A stretch of 64,000 nt of DNA. It comes from a virus. A program made the position numbers and the translations under genes. The notes below the pieces were generated by a model. The model had not been told where the DNA came from, did not search any database, and was given only the letters and a program-made list of their open reading frames with translations. The DNA is taken from positions 5,195 through 69,194 of the IMG/VR virus record IMGVR_UViG_3300042549_002989, one strand, 5' to 3'. This document shows, in pieces, positions 56,528 through 64,000 of the stretch. Each line of letters opens with the position of its first letter. Positions within the stretch are counted from its first letter, which is position 1.

Positions 56528-57274
56528 TTATTTTGCTTCCTTCTCGTATCCGTCAAACCATTCGCCCTCTTTACGAGTGTCCTCACGCCTACAGTGCGCC
56601 TTAGCCTCTTGCAAAGTAAGACCTTCCAAGATCACTTTTGAACTGCGTCCAGTGTTTGGATGGTAGTTGCGCACGACTTTGTAGGTGTACACATCCACGG
56701 GAATGTGAACCTCATACTCTTGGTCGTAACTAGGGGTGCCATTGACTACTGGGTAGGCGTAGCAGTTCCAGTTCTGCGTGTCTTCGTCCAGAACAAAGTT
56801 CAAGTCAACACGGTTATTGAATGAATGGAAGATGTCTTCGTCCTTAGATGGCTCGTTGCTAATAAATGACCGAGCGAACTCGGTGATGGCATCAATGTTC
56901 TGCTTGATGTACGCAGTAGTGACTTCGTAGTCACTGATGATTGTGTTGGTCATTGGTTTCTCTTTCTGTTGGTTGATTGGTGTTGGGTACTCGGCGCTGA
57001 ACTCTTCTTCGGTGAGAAGACGCTCAGGTGCGTACCAATCCTCATGGGTACGCACTCGGTCAGGTGTACGAAGACGGACACAGGCAAAGGAACCACGGAA
57101 TTGTGACTCTTTGTACTGTTTGTCCATCCACGCAAGTGCTTCTAACCCACTGGAAAATACGCCGTAGTAATGACGATCTCCATCGGGCATAGTTACAAAT
57201 ACAAAACACTGACCATACTCTTTGATGTACTCAGTAGTTGGTGGATAGTGAGTGTCTTCAATTTGCTCAGTCAT
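56528..57274 (-). CDS. Mosaic hypothetical protein with in-frame internal start at 56953
   Basis: TAATG-coupled start; internal A/C-rich leader plus ATG. Confidence 0.6.
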   Translation of the reverse strand: MTEQIEDTHYPPTTEYIKEYGQCFVFVTMPDGDRHYYGVFSSGLEALAWMDKQYKESQFRGSFACVRLRTPDRVRTHEDWYAPERLLTEEEFSAEYPTPINQQKEKPMTNTIISDYEVTTAYIKQNIDAITEFARSFISNEPSKDEDIFHSFNNRVDLNFVLDEDTQNWNCYAYPVVNGTPSYDQEYEVHIPVDVYTYKVVRNYHPNTGRSSKVILEGLTLQEAKAHCRREDTRKEGEWFDGYEKEAK

Positions 57275-57462
57275 TAGTATTCCTCCTCTAATAATGCAAC
57301 TTCCCATGGGCTGTCCCAGCCCACAGAGCCGTCTGAGTCTTCTGACTTCAGTTGGTCATCATCGTAAGAGTAATAAACTGCCTCGGCTTCTTCGGCTGAG
57401 TTTGCTTCAACCACATACATGTGGTTAACAGTTTCACTTACATATATTGCGTATTTGGGCAT
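57274..57462 (-). CDS. Small acidic protein
   Basis: YVVEANSAEEAE; AAAGGAG SD. Confidence 0.65.
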   Translation of the reverse strand: MPKYAIYVSETVNHMYVVEANSAEEAEAVYYSYDDDQLKSEDSDGSVGWDSPWEVALLEEEY

Positions 57463-57474
57463 GTTGTGTCTCCT

Positions 57475-58032
57475 TTATGACAATGCTTTTTGTAGTTCAT
57501 CAAGTTCTAGACCAAGCCAGTTCTTGAAAGTTTCCAGATTCTCTGGCTTTACCTCAATGCTCACTGAGGTAGAGAACAGGTTTGATGTCGGGTCAAAGAC
57601 CAAACAAATTGGGAACTCCAACCATGGTGTGTTCTCAATAAGTTCCTCCAACCAATCGTTGAACACTGCCTTACGGTTTGCAATGGGGTCACCCCAAGAG
57701 CCTGTAGTCCAGCCTCCAATGACAGATGTGAACCCGTCAATGGTGGTCTCGTAGTGACCACGCCATCCGTCAGTTGAAACATACTTACGCTCAAACTTGA
57801 TGTCTGGTGTGTCTCCGTACTCATTAATGGCAAACGCATCCCCGACTTGGTGTTTCTGTTTCTCACCGTGCTGAATAAACCACACGGTAGACGAGTGGTC
57901 AAGGTCGCTGGAATAGCACTCATCGCAGAACCAGTCTCCCTTTATCTCAGAGAACTGTCCTTCATTTTGGTTGTCAAATGTGCTTTGGCATTCTGCACAT
58001 TCGCTAGTTGTATCTGTTGTTATATCTGACAT
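57475..58032 (-). CDS. Hypothetical protein with N-terminal zinc finger
   Basis: CAEC...CDECY; STDGWRG. Confidence 0.65.
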   Translation of the reverse strand: MSDITTDTTSECAECQSTFDNQNEGQFSEIKGDWFCDECYSSDLDHSSTVWFIQHGEKQKHQVGDAFAINEYGDTPDIKFERKYVSTDGWRGHYETTIDGFTSVIGGWTTGSWGDPIANRKAVFNDWLEELIENTPWLEFPICLVFDPTSNLFSTSVSIEVKPENLETFKNWLGLELDELQKALS

Positions 58033-58034
58033 GG

Positions 58035-58940
58035 TTATCTCCATACTTTCTTGCTGAATTGTTCCAGCACTTTTAATTTGATTTCTTTGGGAATGCGTTG
58101 TTCCCAATCTTGTAACACTGCTTGAACTGTAAAGGCGTATGCCTCAACTGCTGTGTACACCCGTACATCCTTATCTACATGCATACGAAACCCACGAGGG
58201 TCATGGATGTCCACAGTTGTTTTATGCAGGTAATTTCTCATGTACACAGCGCACCATGCAACACCAGCCTTGATTGCATTATCAAAATGATCTTCTGTTG
58301 ATGCAGGTGAATCAAGTTCATGCGCTAGTTTTTCAATGGTTTCTTCTGCTAGTTGTTCAAAATAATTCTTTGTGAGATTGAACGCAGTGAGTGCCTCTAC
58401 TTTTAGTTTGTTGAGTTCCTTCTCTCGTTCAATGTCTTCCTTTCGGCTCACAATCAATCGTTTAATTTGTTCTAACTGTTGACCATTGTCCCACTGGTTG
58501 TTAACCCAACGGTACTTCTCTCGGTCGGCATTCTCTAATGAGAAGTGCCAAGACGGTGCGACCACTTCGTAGGGCGTCCTCACAATCTCACCATCAACCA
58601 GTTCAACTTTGTGACCTGCAAAGTACAGCGCCTTGTCACTAACAACCTCAACGATTACTTCGCTAGATAGGTACACAACCTCACCTGACAGGTGCACATA
58701 CTCATCAACCAATGTTTGGGGTTGAGTACCAGTGAGTGATAACTGGGTGTACCAAGTTGTCCGTGCGTATGAATCACTGGGGGTGACTTGGTAGAACACA
58801 TCAGTCGCTGTGTAGCCAGCGATGTTGTGCAGTCTTCGCACCGTCTTGCCTTCACGAGAGCGTCCATCAAATGAATGCTTTTGTGTTACTCCGTTCTGCA
58901 CTCGTTCAAGCACAGTTAGTTCTTTTGTTTCTGTTGTCAT
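58035..58940 (-). CDS. Hypothetical protein
   Basis: 301 aa, AAGGAG SD. Confidence 0.7.
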   Translation of the reverse strand: MTTETKELTVLERVQNGVTQKHSFDGRSREGKTVRRLHNIAGYTATDVFYQVTPSDSYARTTWYTQLSLTGTQPQTLVDEYVHLSGEVVYLSSEVIVEVVSDKALYFAGHKVELVDGEIVRTPYEVVAPSWHFSLENADREKYRWVNNQWDNGQQLEQIKRLIVSRKEDIEREKELNKLKVEALTAFNLTKNYFEQLAEETIEKLAHELDSPASTEDHFDNAIKAGVAWCAVYMRNYLHKTTVDIHDPRGFRMHVDKDVRVYTAVEAYAFTVQAVLQDWEQRIPKEIKLKVLEQFSKKVWR

Positions 58941-58979
58941 GTCTATTTCTCCTTGGGTTATTTGTTATTGATTGTTTAC

Positions 58980-59435
58980 TTATTCAGTTGGCACGCCATT
59001 GACCATTGTGCATGACATGGTTTCTAGGAAGTGCTCAAATAATTCGTTCTCGTCTGCTACCTCATTAGTAAAGATGACCAGCAGTCCGTCTTCGTCAGTG
59101 CCCACTTGTAGTTTTGGGAATGTCTTTTTCAATTCTAAAATTGCGTCAATCTCAACGGGAATATAAGAATCTACTTTGATCTCTATGTTGCTATCCCAAG
59201 GCTCGGTGGTCACGAAGTAACCGATGCGATTTACATGCGCTATCCCTGTGATTATGTAAGTGCCATCTTCACCGTCTACCCATGTCCACACACGGTTGTC
59301 ATGCTGATTACACACGAAGGCATACTCATCGTCATAGGTCTCAAACATGAGACCGTTCCATGAAGCGTCAGGGACTAGGTGGTTGGTGATGGGCTTGTAG
59401 ATTTCTTCCCATTGGTCGGTTGTTAGTTGTGTCAT
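58980..59435 (-). CDS. Hypothetical protein
   Basis: FETY..E...VWT...G.A.VNRIGYFVT; AAAGGA SD. Confidence 0.7.
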   Translation of the reverse strand: MTQLTTDQWEEIYKPITNHLVPDASWNGLMFETYDDEYAFVCNQHDNRVWTWVDGEDGTYIITGIAHVNRIGYFVTTEPWDSNIEIKVDSYIPVEIDAILELKKTFPKLQVGTDEDGLLVIFTNEVADENELFEHFLETMSCTMVNGVPTE

Positions 59436-59467
59436 TTGATGTTCCTTTTGTTGTGATGGTGATTGCT

Positions 59468-59550
59468 GGGCAAGTGCCCTCAGAACGCTCAGGACGGCTC
59501 CTAAGCGCTCTGAGGACACCACCGACACCCAAGGGTGCCGATGATGTCCC
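59468..59550 (-). ncRNA. Triple-hairpin leader element, copy A
   Basis: H1 16 bp (59514-59549), H2 21 bp (59474-59519), H3 GGGC/GCCC; adjacent arms overlap; G-U pairs only on the minus strand. Confidence 0.7.
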
Positions 59551-59557
59551 AAGGTCG

Positions 59558-60046
59558 TTACCAGCGTTCTGGCGTGGCGTACTCAATGCCCCAGTCAAGG
59601 TCAATGAACCATTCCTCATTGAACTGGACACGGGTGTCACCACTGCTGATTGCTCTGCCGAGGGCTTCTTGTTCCTCTGCATTGAGGTAGTAGAAGATGT
59701 CCACATCGGGTACACCGAAGATGTCTTTTTCCATTGGCTCGTTGCGATGGTCAAAGACCTCATCGGAAAATGACACATAGACATTCTGTGTGCTGTCATC
59801 ATCACTGTCGTCTGTCCAATGGATGGACACGACAGCACCGATGGCACCAGCAACGATGTAGCCATTGGAATCAGCGTGACGAGTGTTGATGTTTCGTGCG
59901 ATGCGTAGACGGCGTCCGTCCGTAGCGTCATTAATCAACTCCCATTCTCTGTCCGTCCAGTTGGTGGTGTCAAAGACACCAATGCCATCGGCATCTCCGT
60001 AGTTACCATCGCTGGCGAAATAGTGTTGTTGTTGTTGCTTGGTCAT
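59558..60046 (-). CDS. Acidic hypothetical protein
   Basis: YFASDGNYGDA...DT..WT..EW; second half D.DIFYY. Confidence 0.7.
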   Translation of the reverse strand: MTKQQQQHYFASDGNYGDADGIGVFDTTNWTDREWELINDATDGRRLRIARNINTRHADSNGYIVAGAIGAVVSIHWTDDSDDDSTQNVYVSFSDEVFDHRNEPMEKDIFGVPDVDIFYYLNAEEQEALGRAISSGDTRVQFNEEWFIDLDWGIEYATPERW

Positions 60047-60047
60047 G

Positions 60048-60488
60048 TTATTTACCTTCCTTAAAGTTGTTGAACCATTCGTGACCGTTGATGTCGGTCA
60101 GTAACTCATAGAACTGGAAGAGGTTTACACCTCGTATACCTTCTATGGATTCCACGACATCTTCTCGTGGGGAATACTCGTATTCTTCAATGATGACGAC
60201 ATCAGCAGATCCTTTCTCTACAAGAGCAAGGATGTCAGCAGGTGTAAGACCGTCTGTGATGAGGTCATCAACATTGCACAGGTGGTGTTCCAGTGAGCAC
60301 TTCAGTGCGAACTCTTTTAGTTGCTCGTATGAGTATGACTGGGGCTGAATGTCTTCGTGACGGACTGCCCAGCCTTTACCAAGGTCTGCATTGATGTCAT
60401 TGAGAACGCTCTTGATAGCGATGTCAATGAATTGGTTTGCTGGCACTTCATCGGGGTGCTCAACAGTGATTAGTAGTTGTGTTTTCAT
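60048..60488 (-). CDS. Hypothetical protein
   Basis: AGGAG SD before the ATG at 60488. Confidence 0.65.
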   Translation of the reverse strand: MKTQLLITVEHPDEVPANQFIDIAIKSVLNDINADLGKGWAVRHEDIQPQSYSYEQLKEFALKCSLEHHLCNVDDLITDGLTPADILALVEKGSADVVIIEEYEYSPREDVVESIEGIRGVNLFQFYELLTDINGHEWFNNFKEGK

Positions 60489-60524
60489 GTGGTGTTCTCC
60501 TAGTGGTTGGTTGTTGGTGCTTGT

Positions 60525-60620
60525 GGACATGCGTCCCTTGAGCACTGGGATACGGGAAAGGGGGAAACCGTACCCCAGTACCCAAGGCACGCCACGAGGG
60601 TTCACCCCGTGACGCCACCC
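60525..60620 (-). ncRNA. Triple-hairpin leader element, copy B
   Basis: H1 11 bp (60589-60615), H2 20 bp (60536-60587) with UUUCCCCCUUUC loop, H3 GGAC/GUCC. Confidence 0.7.
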
Positions 60621-60639
60621 TGAGCACCACCTCAGATTG

Positions 60640-62181
60640 TTAGCCGACCCAGTCGGACAAGAGCGCTGATACAAGAGAGTCTGTGTCAGCGTTCAAGTCT
60701 TCAGCGAAGCCGTCAAGCACTGCACTGAGCACTTCTTGCTTCGCATTGAGTAGGGCGAAAAGTCGCTCATCAATAGTGTCTGAGCCGTTCTTGCGTGCAC
60801 CAATGAGGTGATGACAAGTCACGGATGATTCCTGCGATATACGGTGGCATCTATCTTCTGCCTGTGTGAGCGATGCAGGTGTCCACGGATTCTCCACGGA
60901 CACCCACTGGTTCGCACGAGTGAGCGTAAGACCGACACCAGCAGACTCGTAGTTGCCTACGAACACTGACGCACGACCTGATTGGAAGTCGTCAACTGCT
61001 GACTGCTTGTCTGCATCTTTCATTCCACCAAGCACCGACACGACATTCCATCGTGGGTCTTTGGTAGAGCGTGCCTGACACTCATCAATGATTGCATTGA
61101 GCACTGAGCGATGGTGACCAAACACCACGACAGGTTCATCTGTTTCAATGATGGACTCAATGTAATCAATGGCGTGCTTAACCTTTGCCTTAGCGATTGC
61201 CTGACGCATTGCTGTCAACTTGGTGATGGTCTCAGCACGAGATGCCTTGAGGACAGCCTCACGACCACCCTTGTCCCATACCCAAGCGAGGAAGTCGCCC
61301 TCAATGCGTAGGTACTCACGCAACTCAACATCGCTCAACTCAATGGCAACAGATGCACGGCGCTTCGCTGGCAACTCCTTGAGCACATCTTGCTTGCGCC
61401 TACGGATGTAGCAAGTGCCACGCAACTTGGCGTGTAACTCTGCACTGTTGGTAGAGCCATTGAATGTCCACCCAAAGTCATTCTTGACTGGGTCGCAGTA
61501 GTTCCACTTGAACGAACCAGCCGAGCCGAAGACAGGCTTCAGCGTGCCGATGATGTCAAGCAGTGCTACTAACTCCACTGGACGGTTGACTGCTGGTGTA
61601 CCTGAAGCAAGCACGACATACCCATCCTTTGGAATGCCCTGTGCGATGCCATAGAGCGCCTGTGTGCGCTTGCTCTTGGGGTTCTTGAAGCGATGTGCCT
61701 CATCCACAAGCAACGCTCCGAAGGACTCTTTGGTGAGTGCCTTAGCCCAGCCGACAAGCCCAGCGTCACCAATGACGGTGACCTGAGCACCTGACAGTGC
61801 GTAGGGCTTCGTTGACTCAAGCACCTCAACAGTGACCACACTGTTGGTGAACTTGGCAATCTCACGCTCCCAGTTGAGGCGTAGTGATGGTGGCACGCTG
61901 ATGAGGACACGGTGACCCTCCTCAACAGCCTTGACAGCGACTGCGATGAGTTGTGGTGTCTTACCGAGACCCATCTCATCACCGAGCAGTACACGGCGTT
62001 GCTTGAGTGCATACGCCACGCCAGCACGCTGGTATGGCAACAGTGGCAACGCAAGATCAAAATTAAGGTCGTAGTCGTGTGCGCTGGACAGTGATGTCAG
62101 TTCGGGGCAGACATCTTGAGGTAGTTGAACCTTGACGGACTCGGCAAGCAAGTCGTCAAGGGATGAACGAAAATTAGACAT
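60640..62181 (-). CDS. SNF2/HARP-like helicase (second copy)
   Basis: LLPYQ, DEMGLGKT, DEAH, SGTP, GVGLTLT and QAEDRCHR motifs. Confidence 0.92.
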   Translation of the reverse strand: MSNFRSSLDDLLAESVKVQLPQDVCPELTSLSSAHDYDLNFDLALPLLPYQRAGVAYALKQRRVLLGDEMGLGKTPQLIAVAVKAVEEGHRVLISVPPSLRLNWEREIAKFTNSVVTVEVLESTKPYALSGAQVTVIGDAGLVGWAKALTKESFGALLVDEAHRFKNPKSKRTQALYGIAQGIPKDGYVVLASGTPAVNRPVELVALLDIIGTLKPVFGSAGSFKWNYCDPVKNDFGWTFNGSTNSAELHAKLRGTCYIRRRKQDVLKELPAKRRASVAIELSDVELREYLRIEGDFLAWVWDKGGREAVLKASRAETITKLTAMRQAIAKAKVKHAIDYIESIIETDEPVVVFGHHRSVLNAIIDECQARSTKDPRWNVVSVLGGMKDADKQSAVDDFQSGRASVFVGNYESAGVGLTLTRANQWVSVENPWTPASLTQAEDRCHRISQESSVTCHHLIGARKNGSDTIDERLFALLNAKQEVLSAVLDGFAEDLNADTDSLVSALLSDWVG

Positions 62182-62207
62182 TGTGTCTCCTTGTTGTAGT
62201 TGGTGCT

Positions 62208-62296
62208 CAACGGGCGAGGGTATCGCCCTCACCAACCACTCACAACTTGTGAATGGATAGTGAGGGCGCCACGGGCGAACCCGTGACACCCCGTTG
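62208..62296 (-). ncRNA. Triple-hairpin leader element, copy C
   Basis: H1 12 bp with UUCG loop (62264-62291), H2 21 positions (62224-62268), H3 6 bp (62212-62228), closing CAACGGG/CCCGUUG. Confidence 0.75.
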
Positions 62297-63040
62297 TCAC
62301 GCTGGCACAGAGCGATTCAGAATCTCTCGTGCCTCTTTGGTTGTTGGGTACCACCAGCCGTTGTTGCCAGCACAGGTTGCCCCGTACCCAACAGCAAGTG
62401 ATGTGTCTTCGCTGAGGTCACGACCACAGCACACACAGAAGCCATAGGTCTTGCCGAGTGATGACGCCTCTTCTTGAGTGAGAAGAGTGCCAGTCGCACG
62501 CACGATGTTGACGCCACCTTTCCAGTATTCCAGCCCACCGACACCGTCTTCAATGACAAGACGGCGCATAGCGAGATAGCCATTCTGTGTGGTGTAGGCG
62601 ATAGCGATGGTGCCGTCTTCACAACGGTACGCACGCTTCGCCTCAACCTCAATGAGATTCTCATGCACTGCTGGTGCAGGTACAGACTCAGGTGCAGGTG
62701 CACCACACGCACCAAAGGCGTGGTATGTCTGCCAGCCTGAAGCGAGTTGTACGCACCAGCCTGTCTGAGACTCTACGGAACCTTTACAGAGCGCACAGGG
62801 CTTGCTGTATCGGTTGACAATAGTGCGACCTTTGGGAAGGTGCGCATGCTCAGGGTTGTCAGGCTTCGGTATGGCGAGCAACTTCTCAATGACAGCGCTT
62901 GCTGACTGACCAGTGAGTCGGTCAATGCCCTTGTCACGGATGTATGCGTCAATGTCATCAATGCCGAGTACTGACTGACGCTCCGTGAGTAATGAGCGTA
63001 TGAATGATTGTTGCTTGGGTGTGATGGTGCTTGCTGACAT
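62297..63040 (-). CDS. Multi-zinc-finger protein with DUF6011-like C-terminus
   Basis: TPKQ..FI N-terminal helix; CALC...H..C; CVCCGRDL...S...GYG.TC. Confidence 0.75.
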   Translation of the reverse strand: MSASTITPKQQSFIRSLLTERQSVLGIDDIDAYIRDKGIDRLTGQSASAVIEKLLAIPKPDNPEHAHLPKGRTIVNRYSKPCALCKGSVESQTGWCVQLASGWQTYHAFGACGAPAPESVPAPAVHENLIEVEAKRAYRCEDGTIAIAYTTQNGYLAMRRLVIEDGVGGLEYWKGGVNIVRATGTLLTQEEASSLGKTYGFCVCCGRDLSEDTSLAVGYGATCAGNNGWWYPTTKEAREILNRSVPA

Positions 63041-63232
63041 TTATTTTCCTTTCAAGATGTCGGTAGGGATGCAGTAATGCTTGCCTTGGTATGACTGGTT
63101 GACGACAACGCCGTCACATTTTTGGTGGAACTCATACGAGTTTTTTACAACGACAAAAAGAGTCGCTAGTAAAACGCCAAGTGTGAGTAGCAGTACAGCA
63201 AGGATTGTGTTTTCGGTGGTTGATTCTTTCAT
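63041..63232 (-). CDS. Small single-TM protein
   Basis: Hydrophobic helix, then C....C; AGGAG SD. Confidence 0.6.
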   Translation of the reverse strand: MKESTTENTILAVLLLTLGVLLATLFVVVKNSYEFHQKCDGVVVNQSYQGKHYCIPTDILKGK

Positions 63233-63241
63233 TGGTTTCTC

Positions 63242-63556
63242 CTATTGGTTGATTAGTTGTGTATTGGTTGACAAGAGTTCCCATCCGATGTGGTCACACA
63301 AGTAGAGGTTGCCGTCAACCTCTACCGTGTCACCTACAGACAATGCTGTGTGCGTGCGCTTGCCGTTGTCAGGAAGAACTGGCTCCAAGATGTCCCACAG
63401 ATCACCTTCGTAAAGGTTCGTGTCACGGAACACCTTCTCGCACAGGATGATGTCGTCCACTGGTGGTGCGTCATACTGGATAGTTGCTGATGTTGCCTGT
63501 CGTGATGGTGTGTCTTCGTGGCAGAAGGCTTTCCATGTAATGGTGATGGTTTTCAT
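63242..63556 (-). CDS. YodL-like domain protein
   Basis: HTALSVGDTVEV...YLCD.IGW. Confidence 0.65.
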   Translation of the reverse strand: MKTITITWKAFCHEDTPSRQATSATIQYDAPPVDDIILCEKVFRDTNLYEGDLWDILEPVLPDNGKRTHTALSVGDTVEVDGNLYLCDHIGWELLSTNTQLINQ

Positions 63557-63573
63557 TGTTGCTCCTTTATTGG

Positions 63574-63897
63574 TTAGGCGAACACGAGTTCACCGAAGAA
63601 CCCGTACTGCCATATTTGGTCATGGTCGTAGTGGTCGGTCTCAAGGTCACGCAACTCTTCCCAGTCGCCACCGTTCTCAAGCCATTGCTCAATGCCCTTG
63701 AGAGCAGTTGCATTGTCGTACACGAATGTGAGTCCGTCAGTCTTAATGACGATGTCGTTGTTGTCATCGTAAGACACTTCGTATTCATCCTCTACCCAGT
63801 AGCGAGTGCCATTGGACAGTTTGAGGTAGGCGAGCACCTCTTCGGGCACTGTCACTGTGTAGGTGACGGTTATTTGATGTCGTGTGGTAGTGGTCAT
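63574..63897 (-). CDS. Acidic hypothetical protein
   Basis: D...D.I.QYG.FGELVF ending; AAAGGAG SD. Confidence 0.7.
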   Translation of the reverse strand: MTTTTRHQITVTYTVTVPEEVLAYLKLSNGTRYWVEDEYEVSYDDNNDIVIKTDGLTFVYDNATALKGIEQWLENGGDWEELRDLETDHYDHDQIWQYGFFGELVFA

Positions 63898-63916
63898 TGG
63901 TTCTCCTTTGTTGGTT

Positions 63917-63998
63917 GAGCAGATGCTCACAGAAGGCACCGAGCGCTAACCCGATGCCCTCTGTGAGCACCACGAGGCAGGGGGCGCCTCGTGATGCC
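63917..63998 (-). ncRNA. Triple-hairpin leader element, copy D (5' edge at window end)
   Basis: H1 12 bp (63967-63997), H2 20 bp (63924-63969), H3 GAGC/GCUC. Confidence 0.7.
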
Positions 63999-64000
63999 GT

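Noticed and set aside
59468-63998. Hairpin elements as intrinsic terminators, REP/MITE repeats or integron attC sites
   Set aside because: No U-tracts on the coding strand, little primary-sequence identity between copies, and no GTTRRRY/RYYYAAC boxes framing all four copies. A ssDNA role is not fully excluded.
1-64000. tRNA/rRNA genes, integrase, reverse transcriptase (DGR/retron) or stop-codon recoding
   Set aside because: No cloverleaf or T-loop motifs and no YxDD RT or recombinase motifs noticed by eye; genes tile densely under the standard code. A tRNAscan/HMM run would be needed to exclude them formally.

Overview
This is a 64-kb segment of a large tailed phage with a contractile tail (myovirus type). 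It most likely infects an actinobacterium, based on two WhiB genes, an Rpf-like transglycosylase, a proteasome-beta-like Ntn hydrolase and leaderless promoters. Layout, left to right: terminase C-terminus and head-region accessory genes (1-5.5 kb); portal, scaffold, capsid, neck, sheath, tube, tape measure and baseplate (5.5-26 kb); an inverted Dps cassette (27-27.8 kb); a replication/recombination module with an iteron origin (28-42 kb); a SpoVS-led run of about 17 small, translationally coupled ORFs, several with shared N-terminal motifs (42.3-47.7 kb); nucleotide/regulatory genes (47.7-53.6 kb); and a minus-strand accessory (probably early) region (53.6-64 kb). The strongest unexplained signals are non-coding. 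(i) Four intergenic elements in the minus-strand region differ in sequence but share one architecture of three overlapping hairpins that could form a branch-migrating four-way junction, each just upstream of a ribosome-binding site. (ii) A candidate ~75-nt small RNA next to the origin is complementary to the shared ribosome-binding leaders of those genes. (iii) A C-rich-loop hairpin RNA precedes the Rpf gene. All functional calls come from reading motifs and gene order by eye; no database searches or folding programs were run.
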